DNA from: Psammoneis japonica | Lineage: Eukaryota | Direction of reading: 5' to 3' | Length of the DNA: 31,213 bases | NCBI GenBank assembly: GCA_008632985.1 | Contig: QPGO01000057.1 | Span: forward strand, 372,001 to 403,213 | Shown here: one piece after another, positions 9,721-21,658 of the stretch | Position numbering within the stretch: the stretch's first letter is position 1 | Layout: each line of letters opens with the position of its first letter | Program-made: the position numbers and the translations under genes | The notes under the pieces: model-generated | What the model was told of the DNA's origin: nothing | Seen by the model: the letters and a program-made list of their open reading frames with translations, nothing else | Databases searched by the model: none

Positions 9721-12700
9721 GATTTTCACTGCACATCATCCTGTAGCATTCTGTGCCTTCCCTCCAAACTGCGCGTTTACTTTGAACAGCGCATTTCGTG
9801 GGGAGGCATTGCTCTTTCCTTACTGTACGTGCGACAGGCTTCTGTATAATGCTTTGTGGACGCCATACTTCTCGTCCTACTTTATTTATTTGAATGTGCT
9901 TACACTCGGCGGCGTCATGACCGCCTCCCTTATGTGTGTGTGTGGGGGGGGGGGTTCGAAACCGTTGGTGTTTTGCTTGCGGCATTTCGAGTCGCCAGAA
10001 ATCTGAAATGGACGTGAAAACTACAAGAAATACGAGGGAACAGCACAATATAAAAGGTATGTTCAACGCTGTCTAAATGCGTACAGCTTTCAAGTTGTGC
10101 GCCGGTCACTCATTTTCTTGCTAATCTAATAATGAGCTGCCACTTGTTTTGCAGGACCAGTTGCTGCTGTTAGCCGCGACTGCTGGAGAAGGCTGATTGC
10201 GCTAGGAACCTGGCTTCTTTCTTCCGTCTTGCTGCGAGTCGTCTGCGCCGTGGATCAGAAGAGTGCATTATTTGAGATTCCCACTGCGTAGCAGAAACCG
10301 CCATGCTTCGTTTTAGGGAAAGACTCTAGAGGCAACCAAGCAACTCTAGAAATCTAGTGTACTCGGTGGAATCAGAGCAAGAAGATCAAACATCAAGATC
10401 CCGATAGTGCTGCTGCTCAGCTACAGACGACAAGCTTTACAAGTTTCTACGCAGGTCAGAAGTTGCCACCAGCATCTCACACGCAACATCAGAATCCCCA
10501 TGTTACATATTCCCATCGATTGAGATCTTGATTCAGTGACAAAGTTGTCTCTTTCTAACGTCAAGTATCACACTTTGACTGACTGTTCTGATGTTGGCTC
10601 ATTTTCACCTTCGCTGTACCGGCGTGAGACAGCCGGTGCTTTCTCCGCTTTGTCAAGTGTCGCACTCATGGAAAGTCAAGAGGCAAGCCGATTTGACATA
10701 AGGCTGTTGAAAACGGTGTTTGAATGCTGTGGGTGTTCGACAATCTTCGTGTGACCCTTGGTGGAGAGCTCCACGTTTAAGTTGGCTCATGTGAGATGGT
10801 ACACATCATTGAGTTCGGAACTAAGCAAACCGTTCGCACCAGTATGATATTGCGCAAACAGAGAACACACGACGCTAGACAAACACCATTGCTGTGTCGT
10901 GATTGTTGTCTCAAGGGTCGATAGAACTAGTTCAATTTTTTTTTCAGGCGTTGTCATGCTGACGGCCAAAAAATCTCTCCAACTTAGCCCTACCTGTACT
11001 CTCTACCGTAGAGGACTTAGGCCCTGTGCCAGATAACTTGCTTCAAATCTAGAGTAGTACGCGGCCCTAATACCAGCGGGATAGCTATAGCACCAGTAGT
11101 ACTGGCTTTATAGCCCGAAGCTGTTTCCTGTTTGGGTTGGAGGCGGAAACTTGCTGGTGATGAATTTGATTGCTCGACTGACAGAGGACAGAAAAGAGCA
11201 TGCCGGGCGACAAACTGAATCAGGGTATAGATGCGCAACCGTCCGGTGCAATTCACACCAACGTGGCAGTGCACTTGACCAAACCGCCACTAGAGATCGT
11301 CGTCTTCGTATTCCAAACTTTATCGCTGTCCATCGTGTCATGAAACACTGACTCCTTTTTGCTTTGTCCCCCCTTCCCATTGCTGCTGTTGGCCATCATA
11401 ATGAGCCCCTTGTGTCTCTGGCCTCCTTCAACTCTTCCTTTGTTTTGCCACACTTGCACACACTTTTTGCAACTGTTCTCCAAAACCAGCAGGTTGGGTG
11501 CCTCATCGTTCTTGCAGCTGCCAACTTGTCCAAGCAACATCTTGATTTGAGCCAATGCTTCCACATCATCTTTCCCACTGCTGTTGGCAGGAACAAGAGT
11601 GGGGTGAAAGAGTTTTGGGATGGGATGTTGTCCCTCCCTCTGGCACTTCCTCCAGAGATTGCATCTTGGCATTGTTTTCTGCTTGTGTGTTTGTCTTCTC
11701 ATGATCTGTGTGCTCTGCACACTTGCAAAACACCAAGCAGCATGTGCCGGCAGCCTTCCAGCACCCCAATTGTTGCACACTCCATTTTGATGTGCAGTGC
11801 TTGTGGAAAGATTGTTTTTCAGTTCCCCATTGGCATTGTTTTTGTTTGCCATTGCACCTTGCCCTTTGACATTTCACAAATTTTTGCCCTCTTTTTTCTT
11901 GGGGCACGTTGAGTTTGGACAGTGCTGTCTTTGCAACCCTGCCACAAAGCACAAAGGCCTTGTCATTCAGAAACTTGCGCTGTCTGAACAGGACATTCTT
12001 GCAGCAATTCTGCAACACAATCTTGTCCCTGTTGTTTGTTTTGTCACTGTGTTGATTCTTTCTTGCTGGTGTGTCGCGCGCCCATTTTTGCGTGAAAATG
12101 AAAATTGCATGATGTGTTCATTGCAACAACTGCATGCACCACAAATGTTGTTTTCATGACCAAAGCTCAAACAAACAAGAAAAAGCAAAACAAAAACAGC
12201 CATGGCTTTCGTGGTGCATGACGGTCTCCTTTTTTCAATCTCACGGACAACTGGGGGGCATTGTGAGGACCTCAGCATTGGACACAGTCAACACACAAAC
12301 TGAGCATGATGAAAAAACAACTGCTGCAGTCTGCGACACACTTTTGCATTTAACTGCGTGGCAATGGCAGCTTTCAGAAGCAACTGCCAGCCTCATTTTG
12401 CTCCAGATTTAATGCCAAGAACAGCTTTTTTTTTTCTCTTGTCATGCAAATCATTTCCCAGCTGTGTGGGCTGGCACAAGACTTTCAGAGTGATTGACAT
12501 CAAGAAAGCAGCAGGAAAGAGTCCAGAATTGGTGCCGCTGCGGTGCTGGTGTTCTTCTTGATTTGTCTGTTGCACAATTTGTTGCTCAACAAAGATGTTG
12601 GTGAGGCTGTTGAATTGCAAGTGTCAAAATGTGTGCACAAAAAATGCCAGGCAATGATGCCAGATGACCTGGTTTGCACAAAAGAGTGTCCGGTGTCCGC

Positions 12701-15700
12701 ACATGTTGCACACAAGCACATCAATGTGAGCACACACTGCTCAAGGAAGTGATGAGCTCTTGTCTTGATCAGCAACAATGAGCCCAGATAATCTTCAGAA
12801 ACAACAACGTGGGTGCATGCACAAGACCTTTCTGCATGTGTCCATGTCTGAACATTTGAGTGTCAACACTTTTTTGCCAGAACAAATCTGAAAACATGGC
12901 CCATGACCAAATGAGAGCATGTTGGAGTTTGGCACTCACAACTGCCAATGTCAAAGGCAAGCTTTTTCCATGACTCAACAAGTCCACAGAAATGATTGAG
13001 AACCCTGTGAAAAGCCACAAAGAAGGAGCGAGAATGGCAAAAAGCCAAGCCTGCAACAGACCTGGTTGAGCAATGACAAGATGCAAGATGCTGTCTGTGA
13101 GAATGAAGTGCAGGCACAAAGCTCATGCCACAACTCCAGCAGCAAGTCTCTCACCTCTGTCAGGTGACAAGCCCAGCGGTGCTCTTCTTCCCGCTGTTCC
13201 ATGAAAAAGAAGAGCTGCAAAGATGTCTGCATGATTGCCAAATGGTGCTGCACTCCCCTTGTCATCAGATGGTGACTTCACAGAGGACAAGCATGCCAAG
13301 TTGAATGTGCAATCAAATCCCAATCAAGCAGCTGTCCAAGAGGTGCAACATTCCTGAATGCATTGCTGCTTGCCATCTGTGCAACCCATGATGTGACAAA
13401 TTGCCATGCAGCCTCTGTTGAGAAACACCACACAAGATGACACATCAGCATCAATTTTGGCCCTGCAGTGCCTGACACCCCACATGCCAACAACAATGCA
13501 ACCCACCAGTGTGGCAGCCAGGCATGTTGGGTGCCAGCCACATGTGCCACATCTTGGAGAGGGCCAACCAAATGGGTTCAGGAAATGGCATTGACAGGCG
13601 CGCAACTGCCAGGATTGCACCTGTGATTTGCAATGTTTTGTTCCAGACCAGCTTGTGCTGCAGTTCAAAAAAGCCCAGATGAAGCTTCCCCAGCTCTGTC
13701 ACATTTTGCCAAATCACAAGACAAGTCTGGCATAAATCCAACAGAGGTGCATCTTGTGTGAGCAACATCACAACAAAACAGAGAGGTGGGCATGAGAGGA
13801 AGAGTCAAATGCCGCCACCACACATTGCCAAATCCTTGACTTCCACTGTTTCTCAGCCCCGGCCATTGCACCTGTCACGTGGCACATGACAATTGCATCC
13901 GATGCACCTCAAATTCAAATCAAGCCAAAGGTGTGTGAATGAAAAAAGGCCAGATCTGTCCCAACTGTTGGAAGAGGAATCAAAGCTGGGGTCTTGACTC
14001 TCCCAGCAACTCCATTTGTTTGGCTCTCAACCTTCTTAAATGACATGAAGCAAAACAAAGATTTCCAACTTTTTGTTCTTGTCAATGAAACAAGCTTTGG
14101 CTGGGGACACATTGGTCTTTGTGCCTCTGATTTGCATCCCTTCATTCATTCTTTCACAATCCAAATGGCAATCTTGACTTTCCTGGTGACTCCTTGGTGG
14201 GCTTGGCTTTCAAGAAGTCAAAACAGAGATTTCCAACTTGGTCCCATGAATGGTCCTTGCAACCCATTGTTTGTTCTCTGTCAGCATTGCAGCTCTGGAC
14301 TCCTGGCTTGGATCAGGGCTGGCACTCAGTTGGATCAGGGCTGCTTGACACATTGTGCTGCTCACACCACTCACAACTGCACAACAGCGCATGACTCTTG
14401 AAACACATGGTGAAGGAAATTCAGACAATGCATTTGATGCATTTGAGTGGTCCCACAAGACATTTGACAAAGCAGCTGAGCTCCTCCTGGAAGAGCAGAG
14501 GGGCAACACATTTTTCATTTCAAATTTGGCAGTTGTGTTGCATCAATCGCTGCTTTCAGCAATGTGGAAAGAAACAATCATCAAGAGGTGCGCCACTGAC
14601 AGCTCATCCAATCTCATCTTTTGACCCCAAAAGGCCATGGAGATGTGGTGGGTTGGGTTGCCAAGAGCCTTTGCATGGAGTTGAAGATCCCTGGCATCAT
14701 TTTCCCAAAGCAACTCATCAGCTGCAGCAGCATTGGTGTGTGAGCCAACATGCTTTGAAGCCTCTGTCACTTTTTCAACATTGACATGAAATGTGGTGAC
14801 AAAAGTTTCTTTGCACTTGCTCATTGTGGCACAGTGATGCATGTGCAATTGGAAAAAAGCTTGGCTCATGCTTTGAACCAGTGATGGCTTGGCACTCACA
14901 TGAGGTGGGGGGACACTGCACATGACATTTCTGGATTTTGCATGTTGTCAGAAGCACGTGAACTCCCCATTTTAAGTTTGAGTTGCCATTTTGGAAAAGA
15001 GCAAGATTGTGGAGGTCCAGCGGCCAGAACAAATCTTTGAAGTGGGTTTGCATTGATGGACTTTAATCTTTTCAACTGGACTCACATTTTTTGTGCTTGG
15101 CTTCATCCCCTCCCAAACACTGAAGCTCCTGCTGCAGATGCCTGCACATCTGCTCTTACATTTGCACTTGATTTGTGTCAATTTTTTTTGTTTCTTTGAC
15201 CACCTTGGCAACAGTTTGTAATTTCGCCTTTTTGTTGCAATGGGTGGCTTTCCTCATGCCATCCACTGTGACCATCAGAGCCTCTGCTGCACTGCAGGTT
15301 TTCTTGCAGAGCCACAGAATGCCTGGCTTCTGTGGCCACATTTGCAAAGAGCCTTGGCAGCTGTCACCCGATGTTGTGCATCTGCTCACAGCCTTTTTTG
15401 GGTCATTGCAAGCACATGCCAGTGCCAAGATTTGGACCAAGGGAACAAACAAAGCTTTCACAGCTGCGCAAAATGAGACACAGCTGAGCACACTGTCTGG
15501 TGCACAAAGCATTTGAGGATCAGGGCAAGCTTTGCAGCAGGCTTGTTGGCATGGACTTTCCTGTTGTCTCCAACAGCCAAACAGCCCTTCAAGCAACCCA
15601 GGCCCTGGTGATGGTGCAACTTTGGAGGTGTGGCTGGACAATGCCAAATGTGCTGCAATGGTCAGGGGCCATCAAACAAATGTCTGGCCTTGTTGAACTG

Positions 15701-16740
15701 CTCAGACTTGTCTGCAGTGCCAGCATGCCATTCTGGCCCTCCAGAGCTGACCCATGCTTTTTTCTGGTGTGGATGCAGAGCACACTTTCTGCAAGCTCAA
15801 GCAGACCCTTCCATGCTGTTGTCTTGACACTCAAGGATCATCTGGCACAAGCAGCCATCAAAAAAGGCAGGTCTCCAAGAGCTTCTCTCTCATGCACACA
15901 CCCACTGCTGTCTCCAAAATGACCCACAAGGTTGGATCATCACCACGCACTTGAGGCATTGCTGCTGTGTGTCAACACCATGGAGGGGGTTGCACTTTCA
16001 CCTGGCCCTGGACACACTGCTGGGAGCTGGGCTTTTGTGTTTTTTGGTGCTTGGGGTGCTGCTGGAAGCAGGGCTTGCAGTGTGATGCATCACTTGGAGC
16101 TGGCCACTGTGCTTTCTTGGTGACAAAAGACAGTCAGAACCAGGCTTGATCTCCAGGCAGGCTGCAGCCAGGTGTCATTCTTGGAGCTGTGCTGGAGCCT
16201 TGCAGGTGCTGATGGGAGGAGCTGGGCTTGCACTTGGTTCATCACTTCTTGGCACATTGCTGGCAGCAGGACTCATGCTTGGCACATCTTGCTGCTCCTC
16301 AGTGGTGCTGCTGGGATGAAGCCACAGGTGGAAGGCAGCAAACATCAAATTGCCAGAGGCTCACTCACTGCTGTGCTCAATGCAGTGCACCTGCACATCA
16401 AAGTTGAAAGTCTGTCTGGTTGATCATTGATCACGTGGCACAGCAGGGCTGCCACATCCCACTGTTCCTGACAGCTGCTGTTGGCTCTAGCTAGACTCTA
16501 GAGAGACACTGCTTGGAGTGCATGGCTGAATTTTGTTTGCTGCTTTCTTGGTTGTGCACAACACATTCCCAAGGTGAAGTGATGCACCAGTCATTCACCC
16601 ACACTCACACAAGTGACCGCTCATTGTCCATGACTGTCATCTCTGCAAGCAGGCCAGACTTTACACACCATGAAAGTGGCAAACACTGTTTTTTGTTCTG
16701 CCACTCTGTTCTCTCACTGCTCTGCCAGCACCGCACAAAT

Positions 16741-16960
16741 TTTAGCTTGCACTGTCCTCTTGGCAAAAGCCAGGATGCTGTTGCACGTCTCTGCCTGGCA
16801 CTCCCAGAGAATGTTAAAAAAAACAAACAAATGTTGTGCACTTCCATGCTGTTTTCTCAAAACTCCAGCCCTGCACAGCTTCTCAGCTTGCACTGTCCTC
16901 TTGGCAAAATGCCATGATGCAATCATGTGTCTCAACTGGGCACTCCCATGGGAGAACATT
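16741..16960 (+). repeat. Diverged direct duplication (~75 bp, copies at ~16741 and ~16882)
   Basis: AGCTTGCACTGTCCTCTTGGCAAAA is shared; downstream differences are mostly TG/CA/CG swaps. Confidence 0.8.
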
Positions 16961-17938
16961 TTGACCTTTTGCTGGTTGTTGCAGTTGGCAATCTGGTGCT
17001 CCAGTTTCACAATCAGTGTGTTCTCTGTGCTGTTTGTCTTCTGCTCTGGATGGAACCAAGGTTTGTTGCTGAGCCAGATTGCACAGCTCATCCTGAAAGG
17101 ACCTGTGATTGCAGAACCTGGCATTGAGCATTGAACACTTGCATGGGCAGCCATGCATCTTTGGATGCCACGCCCATTGCCAAATTTAGCTGCCACTGGT
17201 TGCCACAAGGATCATCAAATGGAGGTGCATTTGAAAAGAATTCAATGGCCTGTTTTGATTCAAGCACATTGAACCCCCAATCACCCCATGGACTGGAACA
17301 CAAGAAATTGAAGTTGCGCCACAACTTCTCTTGAGCAATGTGTTCGTTCATGAGCTTCCATTCAGATGGCAATGTTGAGACAAGCTTTCTGACATTTTGT
17401 GGATTTTGACTTGCAATCAAAACACCAACAGGTGACAATCCACCCTGAGCCATTGCCACGACGCAACATCCAGAGTTGGTTTGTTGCAGCAATGACTTGC
17501 AGCCTTGAACATGTCCCAAAGGAAAAGACAGGCTCTTGGTGTCTGGATCCCATGAGTTGGCACACCAGACTCTGCCCCACACCCAGTCAGATCAGGAGCG
17601 CACATTTCATGTCCAGGCTCTTGCAACACAAGCTTGTCCCAAAATGGAGTGTGCCCCACATGCCAAAACCTTCTTTCATCATCAACTGGTCTTGAGTGGC
17701 AGTTCTCCATGAAAGAGGAGGTGGTGCTTGTGGGGCCCACCAACGTTGGAGTTGATGTTCGCTGCTGCAAAATTCCTTGCAACATGTTTTAGCATGGGGG
17801 CGAGGCGCTTGCCGTGCCGGTCGCCAGTTGAACATGATCAAAAATGTGCTCAACAGCAGCATCTCTTTGAGTTGTTTGGGATGCCTTTCCAAAAGCAAGC
17901 CCTGCCAGAGAGAGCAATGTGATGAAAAACACGAGCAA

Positions 17939-18024
17939 GCGGACCGGCTTCATTGCTGTTGTTTTTGAACTTGTGGTGGTTGCGGACCGGCTTCGTTGCC
18001 ATTGTTTTTGAACTTGTGGTGGTT
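17939..18024 (+). repeat. 43-bp tandem duplication
   Basis: GCGGACCGGCTTCATTGCTGTTGTTTTTGAACTTGTGGTGGTT followed by GCGGACCGGCTTCGTTGCCATTGTTTTTGAACTTGTGGTGGTT. Confidence 0.9.
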
Positions 18025-18330
18025 GCATCTCAAGTTCCAGCAGTGCACATTCTGTGTGCGATTCCACATGGCTCTTGAGGGGAACCCGGAATGTTGTTGT
18101 CAAAGAAGAAGTCTCTCTCTCGAACTCTGTGACATTTTCTCTGCAAATAATGTAGCAACATGCGCCGCAACTCCCAACTTTTGAGGCGAGGCGCATCAGG
18201 AAGAATCCACCATTGTCGTGTTGTGAAGCCGCGCTTGATCGCGCTAGGCCAAAAAACTCGCGGCGCGCGGCCGACGGGCCGACGGCAATGGCATCGCGCA
18301 AACAAAAAAAAAATCTCAAAAACAGTCAAG

Positions 18331-18932
18331 ATGTCGTCGGGGCAGTCGATGTTGCAATCACGTCGATCTCTCTACGTGGGAGGTCTTGAGGATACCGTCA
18401 CTGTGTCGACACTGCGTGCTGCAATGATTCCGTTTGGTCCTATCAAGTCGATTGAAATCGTACGTACGTGTGAATGAGCATGTTTTGACAGTTTTTGAGA
18501 TACCTCCGCTCAAGTCCTCACATTCGTTTTTCAACTCCTCTTCGTTTAGCCAATGGATTACACAAAAGGAAGTCATAAAGGATTTGGATTCGTTGAGTAT
18601 GAGGAACCAGAGGATGCTTCTGAAGCAATCTTCAATATGGACGGAGCTGAGCTAATGGGCAAAACACTCAGCGTCAGTCTAGCCCAAGCCAACCAAATCA
18701 AGCTGGGCAGCAACAAGGCTGTCTGGAGTACCGACGAATGTAAGTACTAAGAAGGATGCTCATATCTACTGTCGATTTGAGAGTCATTCTCATCATGCGT
18801 GTCGCTATCACTCCATCACATATCGTAGGGTTCCAACAACAAGCTGGTTTGCAAGGCAACGAACAAGAAGCGGCACAAAAAGCCGCAGCAGATGATGCAT
18901 CCGCTCTTCAGAAGGACACTCCTTTGCCGTAA
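18331..18932 (+). CDS. RRM protein similar to the N-terminal RRM of cyclophilin E/Cyp33 (no PPIase domain); exons 18331-18459, 18550-18739, 18829-18932
   Basis: RNP2 LYVGGL, RNP1 KGFGFVEY, AIFNMDGAELMGKTL and KAVWSTDEW. Two GT-AG introns (GTACGT..TAG; GTAAGT..TAG) join the exons in frame. Confidence 0.9.
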
Positions 18933-19498
18933 GTCTCGTACAATTGCACATAGGGGTGTATAAATGAAGAATATCATTAGCACTGATGGAGAGCTGTGAA
19001 ATGGTTCTGCCTAGCAACGCCGCTGGCAGGTTGTTCCAATGCCCATAACCGACCATACGCTACATGCGATAGTGTAGGTAAAGCAATCGACCAAGGCGTC
19101 CCATTCACGGTGGCTTGAGTTATTGCTCTATTGTATCGTAGTAAGCCTTTCTCCGTCTGGCGCGATTCCTTTTCAGACGTTCGTCCCCCCCCCCCCCCTC
19201 CGAGATATATCAAGGCAAAGAAACACGAGCTGGACGCAAAGCTGTTACTTGTATCGAGCCTTGATATCTAATCGTCCTTGTTGCATCCAGGCTCGATGCA
19301 TGTGACAGCTTTACGTGCTGCTCGTGCTTCCTGGCCTTGAGATAGCCGTATAGCATCTTCAACATGAACCAGCTCCATGCAAATGTGCACCTTCCCCTCG
19401 TTGAATTTCTCCCTTCGTCTGTTCAAATAGAAATCAAAATCTGAAAAAGGGTGCGTTGTTGTTATAACTCAGGAAGATGGAATCAAACCGTCAGCTTT

Positions 19499-21160
19499 CT
19501 ATCCTCGCACTTGCACATTAAAATTCGCAGTTTTGTGATCAGCGTGCGCATTTTTCTTCTGCTTCTTGACTATTCTCCATACTACTTGCAAATCATGAGC
19601 TACCTGACTTGCTGAGGGCCTCTCTTTTGGGTCCAACGTGAGACACTTGTGCATCGCGTTCTTCAATGCAACGTGAATAGGGTCGTTGCTAGCTTCCAAC
19701 TCGTTCGACAGCCTTGGTATATCGCCTTTTAATATCAGCGCTTCGGCTTGAGATGTAGTAATATCATTGTACTTTTCCTTGTTCATGAGCAACTTGTAGA
19801 AAATGTTTCCTGATCATAGCAGCAAAAATAAGAATGCAGTTAGCATTGCATTCCAGAATAAGTTGAAACGACAGGCAACAGAGAGCAAAACCAGGGGCGT
19901 ACCCAAGGAATACACGTCTATCTTTTCATTGACGTAATTCGTTTCCGCCATGTGCTCTTCTGGGGATCGGTTCTGCAACTCGACCAAATCAGAAACATAG
20001 AGTTAGAGGAAGTAAGAAGGACATTTGTATATATCGTTGTCAAAGGTGTCAATAACTCGCACGCACCTTGTCGTGAGGATGAAACATGGTCCATGTGCAA
20101 GCGTCTTTGTTTCGTTCATCCAAGTAAAGCAAACCGGCCGTATTGAAGTCATTGAGTAGAAAGTTGCCATTCAAGTAAATGAATTGCCTCGCGTCAATGT
20201 CGGTATGCACGGCCGGCGAGAAGGGTCCCCCACCCAGCGTATGCAAATCCGCCAGACCCTTGGATATAAACGCCGCCGTCCGGAGTCGCTCCATCTGACT
20301 CAAGTTTTTATAATGATCAAGCAACGTTCCGTCGTGTGCAAAATCATACACGGCCGCCATACCGCAATACCCGTAAATGTTTGCTACCGCAGGAGAAAAT
20401 GTCAGTCGTTCTGATAATATCGAATCCGTTTGATGATCTTGAAGAAATCGTTCTGTGTAGTTGAGATTGTATCGCAATGTTTTCAATGCCCAACTTGATG
20501 AAGTAGAAGAGTCGTCATGTTGTTGTTTGTACTCCCACACATCACGGGCGTATCCATGATTGACCATTTGCGCCTCATTCTGCCGGGATTTCGACAACAA
20601 ATCCATTTCGTGAACCATGTTGCACGTCGGAAAGAACGTTTCTTGCCAATCGTACATTGGACGACATGTGTTCAACGACTCGGCAGTGTTGTTGACGAAT
20701 CTCCATGCTGCTGCTGTTGCCCTAATGTCACGTTCTTTGATCCGAAACCAACCGAGATCGATTGGAAGTACCGATCCGTCCTTTGCGTTGAGTTCTAGAG
20801 CGAGAGGTTTCGGATCAAACGCTGCTATGGGTACTTGCTCTTGATTGCTTGAATTCAAGTAACGTTGCGACGATCGTTCAATCTGTACAATGAGGAAAAC
20901 TGTCAGCGGCAGCAGCAGTAGAGAACGAACCAGCCCGTAGACCTATTGCTTCTAATCAAGAAGAACATCGAGCAACGAAAACATGACGTCCGAGCCTTGT
21001 GCTGCTTGTGACATTCAACGTCGAGTGTGTCATCCTCTTCTATCGGCGGTTCAGGATGACGAAGCACGCGAACCCTCCTCAGTCTTGGAGAGGAACTTGC
21101 TGAATGTTGTCGATTGTGTCTCTGGTCTCCAAGTTGGATGAGTCCATCATCAGGAGGCAT
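19499..21160 (-). CDS. PKDCC/VLK-like membrane-anchored protein kinase; exons 21160-20067, 19972-19903, 19809-19499; apparent 1-nt frameshift near 20942
   Basis: GYARDVW, ALKTLR, HTDIDARQF, LNDFN, RSPEE, EKIDVYSLG and CLTLDPKERPSA in order. GT-AG introns restore the frame. A hydrophobic anchor (LVRSLLLLPLTVFLIV) lies upstream in the kinase frame. Confidence 0.85.
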
Positions 21161-21343
21161 TATGTATGTTCATATAACAAGGGGCGTGGCTCGTCGCCAA
21201 CCGGCAAAGAGCTATGATAGAGAAGAAGTGTTGCATTGCCTCCGCGAGTCGCCATGCTTGACGCTTGACGCCATCCCTCTCACAAAAAAGGCGCGAATGG
21301 AATGATCGGAATTGTGTATATATTAAACATTGTATACCTCTAC

Positions 21344-21429
21344 AACTTTTTGCGCCAAAAATCTTTTGGAAAGCATAAAAAGTTATACTTTGTTGAAGAT
21401 ATATATAAACTTTTGCGCCAAAAATCTTT
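21344..21429. promoter_or_regulatory. Duplicated TTTTGCGCCAAAA motif (E2F-like TTTGGCGC on the minus strand) in a divergent intergenic region
   Basis: AACTTTT(T)GCGCCAAAAATCTTT at 21344-21366 and 21408-21429, in an AT-rich stretch between two divergent start codons. Confidence 0.4.
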
Positions 21430-21658
21430 CCGTTGGTGGCGGAACGGTCGATATCAGTCAGTCGTGGTGACTTCGTATCAGCGATCTTGCGACTTCAACT
21501 TTTTGCGTCATCGCATCCCTTGTTGGTCAATGGTCAACCGCTTCTCCACATCCTACTGTGTGTCCGGTGGCCGGTGGCGGTACATCGTCACGATTCCTCC
21601 AACATCATTGCTCTGTTGTTGCATTTGTCATTGCTATTTTACAATAAGTCATCATAGG

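Larger units (their letters stand above)
11340..18150. mobile_element. TpA/CpG-depleted hypermutated block 2 (degenerate repeats/TEs, family not identifiable)
   Basis: By eye, 15241-16486 has no TpA and about four CpG. ORFs lack Tyr and are rich in Cys/His/Gln/Trp. Contains internal duplications. TE origin is inferred. Confidence 0.65.

Noticed and set aside
10080..10970. Coding-like minus-strand fragments
   Set aside because: Interrupted by stops, with no identifiable family.
11253..18319. Dozens of overlapping 60-200 aa ORFs in all six frames
   Set aside because: Artefact of TpA loss, which removes TAA/TAG stops. The products lack Tyr, are Cys/His/Trp/Gln-rich and show no recognisable domains.
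21302..21658. Upstream 119 aa of the 360-aa ORF
   Set aside because: Runs through an AT-rich promoter-like repeat; the signal peptide begins at ATG 21659.
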